In this document: piece after piece, positions 46,913 through 57,772 of the stretch
Numbering within the stretch: position 1 is the stretch's first letter
Layout: each line of letters starts with the position of its first letter
Source of the DNA: Schizochytrium sp. TIO01
Taxonomy: Eukaryota > Protista > Bigyra: Labyrinthulomycetes
DNA: 64,000 nucleotides
Assembly: GCA_004764695.1 (NCBI GenBank)
Contig: SMSO01000036.1
Span: forward strand, 620,001-684,000
Reading direction: 5' to 3'
Program-made: the position numbers and the translations under genes
Notes under the pieces: model-generated
Databases searched by the model: none
The model's input: the letters and a program-made list of their open reading frames with translations, nothing else
What the model was told of the DNA's origin: nothing

Positions 46913-49696
46913 ATGCCACAGGTCCGACCATGGCCTGATGGTATTGGAAGCGAGTTCATGACAACACATGTTCAAACGCACGCGATGGACGTAGATCAGC
47001 TTCAAATAAAAAGCGTTATCAGCGAAGGTATTTCAAGATGGGGTGTTTTCAGGTTTGAAGCAGTGGAGAGATTTTACATAAACACATTACAAGCAAACCC
47101 ACCCGCTCGCGAAAGGTCATTTGCAATACGCGTGGAAAATGCCTATGTTATAGGCCTCGCCTCGATCATGACTTTGAATGCTGTCACAGCTTTGAATTCT
47201 GAGGAAACAAACATTCTTAATTTCCCAGTCATGCTGCTTTTCAACGCCATCTCAGCACTTTCATTTGTACGCTGGTTTACCTTGCGGTCGATGAACACCT
47301 TGCGAGACAAAAAATTTGCACCTCGTAATAGTCTCTTAACATGCGCAGCTTGTATTGGAGCTCTGCCTATGCTTATGGCAAAAATTGACAATAATTGTGA
47401 GGTGATCGAGCTTTGTGAGAAAGCTGCAGCCATCGAAGCTATTTTGATAGCCACGATATGCCTCTTAGCTTATGCCGCTGGTGTTTATCTTCTGCGGCCT
47501 AGTTCCCCAGTCATTGTGATAGCCTTGACCACGTTTGCCCTTTCTGAGTATATCATTATTCTCAGCATGGTGTTTGCTCTGGGATACTCTGTTGGCCTTG
47601 TCGAAGGATCTATTCTTATTTTTTCATTTTTGTTAGTTATTGCTATGACGTGGGGTGCTGTCATGGATGGTTCAAAAAATCGAAGGATGTGGCTCATGGA
47701 AAACACGGTAGCAAGTAGCAAAGCTCGCAAAATTCTTCTTGCTTCACATCTTGGACTTTTGCAAGGTGGATCCATGAAGGGGACAAGTATTAGTTTAACA
47801 AAGCGACACCGATCTGGATCTGTTGATATGCCCGGCACTGCTGGTGACGAAACACGGCGGTTTTTCCGCAAGCTTGAAGATAACTCTACCATGCAGCGCC
47901 TACGCATTGACCCAAAAGACCTTGAGGTTCTCGAGTTTGTAGGGCGTGGTGCGATGGGCGAAGTTTTTGAAGCGATGTTTTTAGAGGCGCCCGTTGCCTT
48001 TAAACGCATCCCTACATCAATGCTGAACGAAAAAACTTGTGAGCAGTTCATCATGGAGGTGAAAATCTTACAGAGTTTGCGACATCCTCATGTTGTACAA
48101 TTGATGGGTGTGACGTGGCAGCGAGACTCAGAGATGGTAGGGATGGTTCTAGAACTCATGCACCGAGGCTCATTACGATCTGTTCTGATGGATCGCCGTC
48201 TGCTCCTGACCTGGGAGGATCCTAAAGGAAAACTAGCTATCGATATTGCCAAGGGAATGGCCTTTTTGCATGGGCAAGGTCTCATTCATAGAGATTTGAA
48301 GACCGACAACATTTTGGTTTCAAACACCTTTACTGGAAAAGTTTCAGATTTCGGAACATCGAAGGTTGTCAAAGAGTATTGTACAACTCCGGTGGGAACT
48401 CCTTTTTGGCGTGCCCCTGAGGTAATCCGTGCCGAGAAGTATGATAGCAAGGCTGATATTTATTCTTTTGCGCTAATTCTTCTGGAAATTCATATCCAAG
48501 AAAATCCATTTGAAAGAATGTCCCAAATGGAAGCCATGGAGTTTCCTCACCTAGTAGCACACGAAGGATATCGTTTACCATTGCCCTCTGACATGCCAGA
48601 AGACATAGAATCACTTGTCAAGGATTGTTGGCTTGAAGATCCCAAACACAGGCCACCATTTTCACTCATTCGAAGGCGACTTCAGCGTTTCCTTAGCAAG
48701 GTGTCTGATGAGGAGGATTCTAAGGAAGAAAACCAATTGAGTAAGGTAATGATTGATCAGATTATTCTGAGCGGTTGCTACAGCAAAGAAAAGTATCAAA
48801 ACGGAGACATCATTATTCGAGCTGGGGAGGATGGAGAGTTCTGCTATATTGTTCTTTATGGTGAGGTAGAGGTTTTTGTTCCCGAAAAGCAGGGCAAAGT
48901 CCTAGAGTACAACGAAAAGACCTTCCCAACTGGTTGGCGTTGTGTAAGTACCGTCTTAGAAGGCGACTTTTTTGGAGAGATGGCAATGCTTGTAAACCAG
49001 AAGCGTACAGCGACGTGCCGTTCACGCGGCGAAGCTACTGTCCTTAAGTTTGATCGCGCAACCTTTACAGAGAAACTCGATGATGATGTGCGATCTTACA
49101 TCACCAGACGTATTGTGGACAATATGCAAAATACGATACGTCGTGTTAATAACTTTGATGGAGGCAAGTATGATTCATCAAGAACATCTGAAACAACACA
49201 GACTGCTGATGAGATCTTAAACACTATGGACGAGTCTACTCTTGAGGTACTTAAAGCTCTGCAGCGCTCAACTTCATCGTCTCGACGCTCTGGCCTGGAT
49301 CAATACCGACACATGTCTCTTAAATACAAGCAGAATTCAGGTTCACTTTTGGGTAACGAAAACTCACTTGCTATGTCGACACCAGCACTGAGACGATATG
49401 GCTCAAGCGGGAGTCATGCTCAATCTCCCAATTCCCCCATGTCGGATCGCCGCCAGCGGTCGAGGACTAGCAACACAAACTCTATGCCATCTTTTGTCAC
49501 TGCGTTCCAGGCTCAGGATATCGTTCCCCAAAACCTCCATTCTGATCATTCAAGTACAAAACACTCTGATGTTGAAAGCTTAAGTGAAGCTGGAAACTTG
49601 TCAACTGATTTGATTTCGCCAGACTCTCAAACGCAAAATAATCAACCAGACCCTGCGGATTCGAATAAAGAGAGAACTTCAGGACCGCAACTGTAA
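46913..49696 (+). CDS. Multi-pass membrane TKL-group protein kinase with a C-terminal cyclic-nucleotide-binding domain
   Basis: About 6 hydrophobic segments (about 47140-47665). Complete kinase: GRGAMGEV, VAFK, HPHVV, HRDLKTDN, DFG, GTPFWRAPE, DIYSF, CW..DP..RP. CNB domain 'IIRAGEDGEFCYIVLYGEVEV..FFGEMAML..RTAT'. Ser-rich tail. First ATG is at 46913. Confidence 0.92.
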   Translation: MPQVRPWPDGIGSEFMTTHVQTHAMDVDQLQIKSVISEGISRWGVFRFEAVERFYINTLQANPPARERSFAIRVENAYVIGLASIMTLNAVTALNSEETNILNFPVMLLFNAISALSFVRWFTLRSMNTLRDKKFAPRNSLLTCAACIGALPMLMAKIDNNCEVIELCEKAAAIEAILIATICLLAYAAGVYLLRPSSPVIVIALTTFALSEYIIILSMVFALGYSVGLVEGSILIFSFLLVIAMTWGAVMDGSKNRRMWLMENTVASSKARKILLASHLGLLQGGSMKGTSISLTKRHRSGSVDMPGTAGDETRRFFRKLEDNSTMQRLRIDPKDLEVLEFVGRGAMGEVFEAMFLEAPVAFKRIPTSMLNEKTCEQFIMEVKILQSLRHPHVVQLMGVTWQRDSEMVGMVLELMHRGSLRSVLMDRRLLLTWEDPKGKLAIDIAKGMAFLHGQGLIHRDLKTDNILVSNTFTGKVSDFGTSKVVKEYCTTPVGTPFWRAPEVIRAEKYDSKADIYSFALILLEIHIQENPFERMSQMEAMEFPHLVAHEGYRLPLPSDMPEDIESLVKDCWLEDPKHRPPFSLIRRRLQRFLSKVSDEEDSKEENQLSKVMIDQIILSGCYSKEKYQNGDIIIRAGEDGEFCYIVLYGEVEVFVPEKQGKVLEYNEKTFPTGWRCVSTVLEGDFFGEMAMLVNQKRTATCRSRGEATVLKFDRATFTEKLDDDVRSYITRRIVDNMQNTIRRVNNFDGGKYDSSRTSETTQTADEILNTMDESTLEVLKALQRSTSSSRRSGLDQYRHMSLKYKQNSGSLLGNENSLAMSTPALRRYGSSGSHAQSPNSPMSDRRQRSRTSNTNSMPSFVTAFQAQDIVPQNLHSDHSSTKHSDVESLSEAGNLSTDLISPDSQTQNNQPDPADSNKERTSGPQL

Positions 49697-50338
49697 ACTA
49701 TTTGCAATTTTTTTCTGTTTAAAAAAAATGTATATTCAGGAGCTCAGTTTAGAAAAACTTGAGTATTTGTGTACCAACACAACCAAAGGTTGCTCACTTT
49801 CCTTTTGCGCTCCGTATTTCTCTGTTTTGCAAAAGGGTAATGTTTGACAGAACTTCGATCTTTTCTATAGATGTTCCTGTACTTGAAAGAACAATTTAGA
49901 TCATCTATACCCTATGAGTCAATATATGGTGTGTATAGTTGCTATGTACAACAGTTGCACTATTTCCATCTATTTCCCTTCTTCCCATAGCAAGACCAGG
50001 AGGAATGTGCAAAACAGGTACATGTTTACTTTCCTTAATACAAGTAAATTCTGAGTGCGCTGCACTCCCAGAATTTTCATACGAATGCTTGCCAAATAAT
50101 TGAGCTTAGGAGGGGACCCTCATGAACAGACTTAATGCATAATACATCAATGCGTGTATTTCCAATTCAAGTTTCGTAACATCATGCGATAATTGTCATC
50201 AACGAATCTAGCTTTAATGCGAGATCTGCTAGCAAAATGAGAGACGCAAGGAGAAAGATGTGTTATAAAAGGAGGTTTTTAAGGAGATGATTACAGACAT
50301 TATAGTTCGTTGCTAGATGTTTGTTGCCGTTATGGATT

Positions 50339-50966
50339 TCACTCTTTGGAATCCTTGGATGCCTTGGATGCCTTGGGAGCGGCCTTTGCACGGTCAGCCT
50401 TACGCTTGACAACAATACCCTTTGTGGCAAGACGGCGGATTTCGTTTTCCATGCGGCGGCGCATCTTTGGGTTTTTAATTTCGGTGAGCTTGTCGCGAAC
50501 ATCCTCAGTCACGACGCCATCCATCTCAATGTCGTTGTCGTCAAGGGACTCCTCGCGACGGGTGGACTTCACCTCCATAGCATCACGCTTGCGTTCTTGC
50601 TTGGCGCGCTGCTTTTTAGCAAGGTCGATTTCGCGCTTCTGCTGGTACCTGAACAAGTGCAAAAAGAAAAGTATTCAATAACATTAGATTCCAAGAACAA
50701 TCATGTGTTTCGTCAGTTCCTTCGATTCCTACGACCGCCCGCAAAATCAGTACATCTCCATTCCTTTTTGTTCATAACTCGAGAGTTACATAACTTTTGA
50801 GATCCTAGAAGTTGCTAACCCTGCCATTGAGGTGAACCAAGTCCATTTGTGCTCCTGATCAAAGCTGACGCGGAAGGAGCGTTTACATCTCAAGCATACG
50901 AATTTGTAGACTATCAACTTACTCAACAGTTTGCTTGCGGCGCTTGAGGTTGTTCTTGCGCGACAT
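50339..50966 (-). CDS. Small basic (Lys/Arg-rich) predicted coiled-coil protein of unknown function, 2 exons, 117 aa
   Basis: Exon 1 50966-50923 (MSRKNNLKRRKQTV, GA|GTAAGT); exon 2 50648-50339 (TTCAG|G TAC CAG). The phases join and total 354 nt. Codon usage is C/G-ending. Confidence 0.8.
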
Positions 50967-51672
50967 CTTTCTACCCCTTTAGTTTGGACTTGCTTTCGTA
51001 TACACCAACCGAGGAGTTTGTCCTCCGCCAAGCCACCAGAAGAACCGAACGCCTCAATCCAAAGTGCCCCAGCCAGTCAGCCACCACCAGAAACTACCCC
51101 GTAGCTTTAGCCGACACGATCGTCAGCTCCAACCCGCGCCCCGATTTGGCTTTACAATCAGCATGCCAACTTTCCCAGACCTTCTTGGACTTCAGACCAT
51201 ATTCTATTCACTCCTTTAATTATTCATCATCGCCATTCGCTACCTTTAACTTACTAGTACATATAGAAACATCGGGTGGTACGCCACATCCCGGAATTCC
51301 GCAGAATTGCTCCGAGTTCTCCCGTAATCCCGAGATTCTATCATTCCGGAATTCCGGGGCCTTGGCGTACCATTCGCTCGCTTGGAACTACTAGTATATC
51401 GACGAGGAGGACGCCAAGAAGAGCAGCTAGCTGGCGAGCTCTGAGAGCTTTGGAAAGGGAGGCGGCAGACCCACTTGAGGCGAGGTTGGAATCCTCGCGA
51501 GTACCGGCAGATATCTACTGAAATTACAGTGGTGCCGGTTACCTCTCCGATACTGAGCTCAGGTGAGGAGAGACCGACGTTAGCTCGCAGCAGCGGGATC
51601 CATTTCAGGCCAGCCAAGCCGGGGCCCACGTAAGTGGAGAGAACTTTTGCAGCTGACAAATTATCGGTTGTA

Positions 51673-53001
51673 ATGGAGGGAGGTGACCCGTCTGCGTCGG
51701 CTCGGCCTAAGCCCAAGCCCAAGCCCAAGCTTAAGCCCAAGCCTAAGCCCCGCGTCAAGCTTGAGCCTGCCGCTGCGGCATCCTCTTCCTCGACCTCTGC
51801 TCCTTCGACTTCGACTGGGGATGCCCCTCGCTCTCGTCTTGATGCAGGAAACCGTGGTCGCGGTCGTGGCCGTGGCCGTGGCCGTGGCGGTGCCCGTGGT
51901 GGTCGCGGTGGAGCTCGAAATGGGCGCATGCCACAGGTTGACATCCCCAACCAACTCATGCCCTCGACACAGCTCGCGGATGTTGAGCTTGTGGCGAAGC
52001 GTCGTGCAGAGGGAAACTTCCACGGCCAAGCTGTCAACAGTCGGGCCGGATCAGGCCTCGTGCAGGTTGGTGCTGTTCACGGTGGCGTTGGTAGTGGCGC
52101 TCTCGGTGACTCTGATGCTTCCTATGGCAATGGTGCATTCGCTCGAAACTCTGCCGGCAGACGTGGCGCAGACCCGTCGAAACCCTCAAATAATGCTCTG
52201 GGTATGTTAACGCTGGAGGATGAGGAAGGTGAGGTGATCATTGTGGAGGACGACTCACAAAAGGCCGAGGAAGGCGGCGCCGAGGACCGAGACTGGATTG
52301 ATTGGCATGAGATTCCCTCTTTATACGGCACCGTGTCTGGACGTGCGGTGGTAACACTTCCCCACGTTCGCTCTGACGTGAGAAGAATAGACCGTAGTGG
52401 TGTACGTAGACACTTTGAGCTTGACGAGGAGCTGCGCGCAAGCCCTGCCAGCCTTCGGGGCGTACACGAGCCAAGATTGTGCCTCATGGTCCAGCTGCCT
52501 GATCTTTTGCCAATCCCGCAAGAGCTGAGAACAGCATCGGAAGCGGCAGAACATGATTCTAATGAACCGCCAGCACCTCCTGTTAAAACAGAACCTGGAA
52601 TGGGAGAAGGAGAGGTGCATGTAGGCCGAGGTGGCGTTGCTGGAGGAATGGAAGATACTGAGAGCGGAAGTGGAATGAATAATCCGTTTGCGAATGTGAG
52701 GTCTGGAAGACTAGGAAGACTGTGCATTAGACGGTCAGGAAAGGCATTTATTGAAAGTGATGTGGGTTCCGGAGCGGAACTGCGAGTTGTGCCAGGGTTT
52801 AATGTGTCTAGCGCAGACGACCTGGTGCTGCTAAGGTGCAAGCCCAAGGCTAAGAGTTCGGAAGACGGTGCTGATGACGATGATGATATGGCAGTTGAGG
52901 AAACGCAGAACGAGGATGACGCTGCGGAGAATGAGCTTATTGTGCTTAATGGTACCAAGGGCCGCATCAAGATTGTGCCAAACCTCGACATGCTCGGCTA
53001 A
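51673..53001 (+). CDS. RPC4: RNA polymerase III subunit RPC4 (C53/POLR3D)-like protein
   Basis: C-terminal RPC4-type motifs 'LMVQLPDLLP', 'GRLGRLCIRRSGKAFI' and 'IKIVPNL'. Disordered N-terminus with (PK)n and an RG/RGG tract. First ATG is at 51673. Confidence 0.8.
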   Translation: MEGGDPSASARPKPKPKPKLKPKPKPRVKLEPAAAASSSSTSAPSTSTGDAPRSRLDAGNRGRGRGRGRGRGGARGGRGGARNGRMPQVDIPNQLMPSTQLADVELVAKRRAEGNFHGQAVNSRAGSGLVQVGAVHGGVGSGALGDSDASYGNGAFARNSAGRRGADPSKPSNNALGMLTLEDEEGEVIIVEDDSQKAEEGGAEDRDWIDWHEIPSLYGTVSGRAVVTLPHVRSDVRRIDRSGVRRHFELDEELRASPASLRGVHEPRLCLMVQLPDLLPIPQELRTASEAAEHDSNEPPAPPVKTEPGMGEGEVHVGRGGVAGGMEDTESGSGMNNPFANVRSGRLGRLCIRRSGKAFIESDVGSGAELRVVPGFNVSSADDLVLLRCKPKAKSSEDGADDDDDMAVEETQNEDDAAENELIVLNGTKGRIKIVPNLDMLG

Positions 53002-55073
53002 GTTTTAATTGATTGGGGCCTCTACCTGTACTCTGTTCTGATCGCAACGCCAATCCTCATAAGACATGGAGAACGCAGCAACCTAGATTCTGAAATGCCA
53101 TTCTTCTTGTTACTGTTATTGTTATTGCTGCTGCTGTAGTTTTGGCATTTGAAATGGTAAGAACACAGATACACGCAAAGAAAGAGCAATACAAAAGTAA
53201 ACACTTAAGGCAATGTGGCGTCAAGCTAGTTATCTTGATCGCGATGTTTGCTCCCTGTGTACTCAGTTACCCCGGGTTGCATGTCTTAATTGTTTCCACT
53301 TAATTCTGCTTAGTTTAAAATAGCTGGAATTCCAAGTCGCGGCAAAAACGAAAACTTTAGTTATCCGTCAAAGTGATTGATGTTCTTATACGTACAGAAG
53401 TACATCCTTCAATGAAGCTCGTGGCCTAGCATCACCAAGCAAACACAGCACTACGTCCTCTGGGTCTTAAATTTACTGGGCCGTGCTACTCTCAAGTCGC
53501 AAGAGGCTGATGTGAAGATTGCTTTGCTGCTTTTTTCCGCATTGGTCTGGAGGGCAAGAATGCACACTCTTACCTCGTTATTATCTACCTATCACCCCTG
53601 TTTTAACCTCCTCTCTGACTTCGTTCTGAACTCCTCCATAGAGCATGGAGACTCCATCCACCCTCTTTTAGTAGTTGGGCACTTTTGGTAGCTTGCCAAG
53701 AGGAATATGATGATCTACAACTTTTAAGACACGCAACCAAGCAAACCAAAAACTGAGTGAGTGAAGGAAAACAACTTTCGCACGCTCAATTTCGTTCATG
53801 TAATCGAAAACATAAAGCCAAATTCTTTTTAGATCATTTTGCTCCTGTTACTAGCTAGAGATACAATTTTTTAACGCGCTCAGGTGCTTTGACTCGGAAC
53901 TCTGTAATACCTGTTTATATACACTGACTTGTCAGACTATCAAATGATTACGCTGTAAGTATCAAAACGTTTAAAAAGGTATAAATCCACTGAACTGTAC
54001 TTGCCCATGCTATAGAAACTACTACTACATCGTTTACTATTATCAACGTTGAGAACTGATAGGCACCTAACCATAGACAAAGTAGAAACGACCCAACTTA
54101 CAGGTCTAACAAAGCATACAGGATATTTGTACTAAGGGAAGTAAGACGCGGAAATGACGTTGGCAAGGATTCCATACACTATGTCAAGTCTATAAAGTAA
54201 AAGGTAAAAACACGTAAGTTGTTATTTTCTGGTTAATTTTTCTAGAAGCTGTATCATGGAGTAAGCGACGACAAAGAACTGTGCTAAGAATGAGGAGTTT
54301 GCCAAAAGTTTCGTTCCAGAATCTTTCCTCCTTTCGTGGTTCTCATAGACTACGAAACGATTTCCATTATGCACCTGTTTTTTATCCCTGTGCAAGCAAA
54401 TTGTAAGATACGTGCAACAACAATGACGCCAGGAAAATGGCAGGATGCAAATACAGCAAATTTACGCAATAACAAACAACAACATCAACAGAGAAGAACA
54501 ACAGAATGAGTAGTGCAGACCACAATAAAAGCACTGGCCCGCTCGTTGGCAAAGCAGTAGAGTTGCATCCTGAAACGAGGCTGAAGAATTCTAAGATTCA
54601 TTCCGCAACGTAATACACAGTAAACAGCGATGTAGATTTACAAAAGGTAAAACCAACACCGAAGCAAAAAAGAAAGAAATCAATGAAGTTTGAGATTCAA
54701 CTCTGCACTTTGTTTCCGTGGCTCAATCTTTGTGTACATACATGCTCACGACATGGTTATTTAGATGAGCCACAATTAGTGCGAGGATAGAAATGCAGAG
54801 TTTTGCGGTGCATGCAAAATTCACCACAGCCTTTGGTCTTATCTTTGTTTTCGATTGATCACTTTTCACACCCAGAACTTCAAGGAGATAGCCGAGGTGG
54901 GACGCAAAACCACTCCCTTTGCTTTGACGGACGAGCACGACTCCTTGTAACGTGTACAGCAGCAATTGTCTACCCATGCGCAGGTGGGAATAGAAACATA
55001 TAACCCGCGCTTCGAACATGCAAATGAACACAAGAAGGGACCAACTTGAGTCTTGCATGGGACGAGGAGGGGT

Positions 55074-57506
55074 TTAGAAATCAGCATCCCAGTGAGTTCC
55101 GGTGGACTTGTAAGGTTCAACATAGTCATCTTCTGGGTACTCATCAAAGTTAGAAGTATCGAGGTTGTCTCTAATGGGCGGAACCCAAGGAGCCTTGACA
55201 CGCTTTCGCTTAAGCTCATTCCAGTCAATTGACTTAAACCATGGGTGAAGCTTGATTTCACCAGTACCACCAGATAAAGATCCTAACCTCTGGTGTGCAT
55301 CACGCACAAGTAGGTGCAAAACGAGGTCGCGTGCCTTCTCCGGGAAGCGGCGTGGAAAGTCGATCTTGCCTCGAACAATGTTTTTGCAAATAACCATGTG
55401 GTCACCCCCATGTGGATCGGCAAAAGGCGATGCACCAGTCAGCATCTCAAAAATAAGAATACCAATTGCCCAGTTGTCAACGGCTTGGTTGTGACCTTTA
55501 CCTAAAACGAGCTCAGGAGCAAGGTACTCGGGGGTACCACAGAGCGTGTAGGTCTTGTCTGCTACCTTCTTGGCAAAACCAAAATCAACAACTTTGATGT
55601 AACCATCGTCACTAATCATTAGATTTTCAGGCTTGAGATCGCGATAAACGATTGTAAGGCCGTGAAGGTACTCCATGGCATCTAACACACATGCGGCATA
55701 GAAACGAGCATCTGCGTTGCCAAGTGCACCGCCGCGGATGTGTAAGAGAGTAAACAACTCGCCGCCAAGCACCACTTCAAGCAGGAAGTAGAGCGAGTGT
55801 TTGTCACGGAAAGTCTTGTAAAGCTTAAGAATAAAAGGATGGTCACATTCCATGAGGATGTTCTTTTCGTTCATGACGTTCTTTTGCTGACGGTAAGCAA
55901 CGATTTGGGCCTTTTGCAGCATTTTCAATGCGTAGGTGCGTCCGAGTTTCTCACAAGAAACCAGCCGAACGCGGCCAAATGTCCCGGTACCAAGGGTTTG
56001 CATAATCTTGAGGTCACTAAGCTTAAGGGTTTCCTCCACCATGGATACCTGCCTTTTCACGACGGCCTCCATCTGGTCATCACGCTCGTCAAGTTCACGC
56101 TTCATAATCTTTTGCAGAGGTCCGAGCAACTTTTCAAAGGCCGCACGGTCCATTGTGAGGCACACAAGCTCATCTGAGGTAGCCACGACGTTGGCAGCAC
56201 GAGGCTCATCCTTAAGGAGAGCACCTTCTCCAAAGTACTCGCCAGCAGTAAGCTCCGCCACGTCAGTTGGACCACCGAGGCCTACACCATCCATGTTCTT
56301 CGTGACCTTGGCTGTGCCCTCGCGAATGAGGTAAAATTTGGAGCCCGGATCATTTTGACGAATAATAACGTCGTTTTTCAAGAAACGTTCTTCCTTGAGA
56401 GCCTGCATCATCTTGTTAAGTTCAGATGCAGAAAGCTGAGAAAACATAGGAATAGTGCCGATGACACGAAGACCAAGATTGGTGTCAAGTACCTTGCGAA
56501 GAGGCCCAAGAATGCCAAGAAAGGCATCACGGTCAAGCACGAGGCACTCAACATCTGTAATAGCAATAACGTTGGCAGCGCGGGGTTCATCCATGAGGAG
56601 TGCACGCTCACCAAAGTATTCACCTTCAGAAAGAATGATATCGTACGATGACTGCCTTGAGCCGGCGCGAGTGCATTTGACCTGTCCATTCTTAATCATG
56701 AAAAATACGCTACCTTCATCACCCTTGCGAAGGATTGTTTCACCAGCTTTGAAGCGTACAGTCTCGACAGCATCGGAAACACGGTTGACTTGCTCCTCGG
56801 AAAGCTGTTCAAGGAGTGAGACACGACGGAGTGCCTTGCGAATGTCTTGTTGCTTCTTTGCTTCATTGCCAGCAATAATGTGGCGGAAGTGAGAGCGCTC
56901 AAGGCACCAAACCGTGGCATCTGCGAGGCAGCGCACAGTGGCTGCGCGAGGGCAATTGTAGAGGAGCGCAAGCTCACCAAACGAGTCCCCAGCCCCACAA
57001 GTGCCAACCTCCTCCTCGTTTACCTCAAAGCTGAATCTCCCTTCTTCAACAATGTAAAAGACATTACCAGTGTCACCCTGGCTAATGAGCTCAGTTCCTT
57101 CCTCAACATCGGCACTGGTGAGCGCATTAAGGATGAGCTTAAGTTGGTCCTCGGTGAGGTCACGGAAGAGAATATTATTTTCGAGGGCGCTTGTAAGAAG
57201 GATTTCCTGGGCTTCGGTCTTTTCCACAAGTGCCTGATCGAAGGACTTGAGTTCTGAGCTGCTGGGTTGGATGCTCTCGTCAAAGATATCTCCTCTACGT
57301 TTGGCGTTGAGTGCAAGGTGAATTTTACTGTCTGCCCTGAGTGTGTCCACGGCACGTTCACCACCTTCGTAGTCTACGTATTCCTCTGTGATGGGGGCCG
57401 AGGCCAAACTTTTGGCTGTATTCTTCTTGCTAGGCTTTTTCAAAGACCGTACCTCGGGTCGGGGCACGTCCAGCGTGTCTACCTCCTGCGATTGTGTGCA
57501 GCCCAT
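55074..57506 (-). CDS. PKG: Cyclic-nucleotide-dependent AGC kinase with PKG architecture (3 CNB domains plus kinase)
   Basis: N-terminus MGCTQS. Three FGExALL..PRAA cassettes. Kinase motifs GTGTFGRV, YRDLKPEN, DFGFAK, TLCGTPEYLAPE. AGC tail 'DTSNFDEY..WDADF'. Confidence 0.93.
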   Translation of the reverse strand: MGCTQSQEVDTLDVPRPEVRSLKKPSKKNTAKSLASAPITEEYVDYEGGERAVDTLRADSKIHLALNAKRRGDIFDESIQPSSSELKSFDQALVEKTEAQEILLTSALENNILFRDLTEDQLKLILNALTSADVEEGTELISQGDTGNVFYIVEEGRFSFEVNEEEVGTCGAGDSFGELALLYNCPRAATVRCLADATVWCLERSHFRHIIAGNEAKKQQDIRKALRRVSLLEQLSEEQVNRVSDAVETVRFKAGETILRKGDEGSVFFMIKNGQVKCTRAGSRQSSYDIILSEGEYFGERALLMDEPRAANVIAITDVECLVLDRDAFLGILGPLRKVLDTNLGLRVIGTIPMFSQLSASELNKMMQALKEERFLKNDVIIRQNDPGSKFYLIREGTAKVTKNMDGVGLGGPTDVAELTAGEYFGEGALLKDEPRAANVVATSDELVCLTMDRAAFEKLLGPLQKIMKRELDERDDQMEAVVKRQVSMVEETLKLSDLKIMQTLGTGTFGRVRLVSCEKLGRTYALKMLQKAQIVAYRQQKNVMNEKNILMECDHPFILKLYKTFRDKHSLYFLLEVVLGGELFTLLHIRGGALGNADARFYAACVLDAMEYLHGLTIVYRDLKPENLMISDDGYIKVVDFGFAKKVADKTYTLCGTPEYLAPELVLGKGHNQAVDNWAIGILIFEMLTGASPFADPHGGDHMVICKNIVRGKIDFPRRFPEKARDLVLHLLVRDAHQRLGSLSGGTGEIKLHPWFKSIDWNELKRKRVKAPWVPPIRDNLDTSNFDEYPEDDYVEPYKSTGTHWDADF

Positions 57507-57703
57507 CTTTTGCTATTCTGTTTAGTAAAACGTCTCCGCTGCGTCAGTTCGTTCAAGCGTCGCACGCTAAGCGACACAATGCCCACCCGGCGAGATAAAA
57601 AGCAATGATGATGGAACTGACGGGGCCAGATGCAACGCGAGGTTCACGAACTCGGTGCTCGTGCTTCTGTGTGTTTTATTGAACACAGTTATGTAATCGA
57701 TTT

Positions 57704-57772
57704 GTCAGTCAGTCAGTCAGTCAGTCAGTCAGTCAGTCAGTCAGTCAGTCAGTCAGTCAGTCAGTCAGTCAG
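57704..57772. repeat. (GTCA)n microsatellite, about 17 units, about 200 nt upstream of the PKG start
   Basis: Read directly from the sequence. Confidence 0.95.

Noticed and set aside
51246-52991. Long antisense ORFs opposite RPC4 (similar shadows occur opposite the kinases, RGS and zinc-finger genes)
   Set aside because: Shadow ORFs caused by the codon bias of the real gene.
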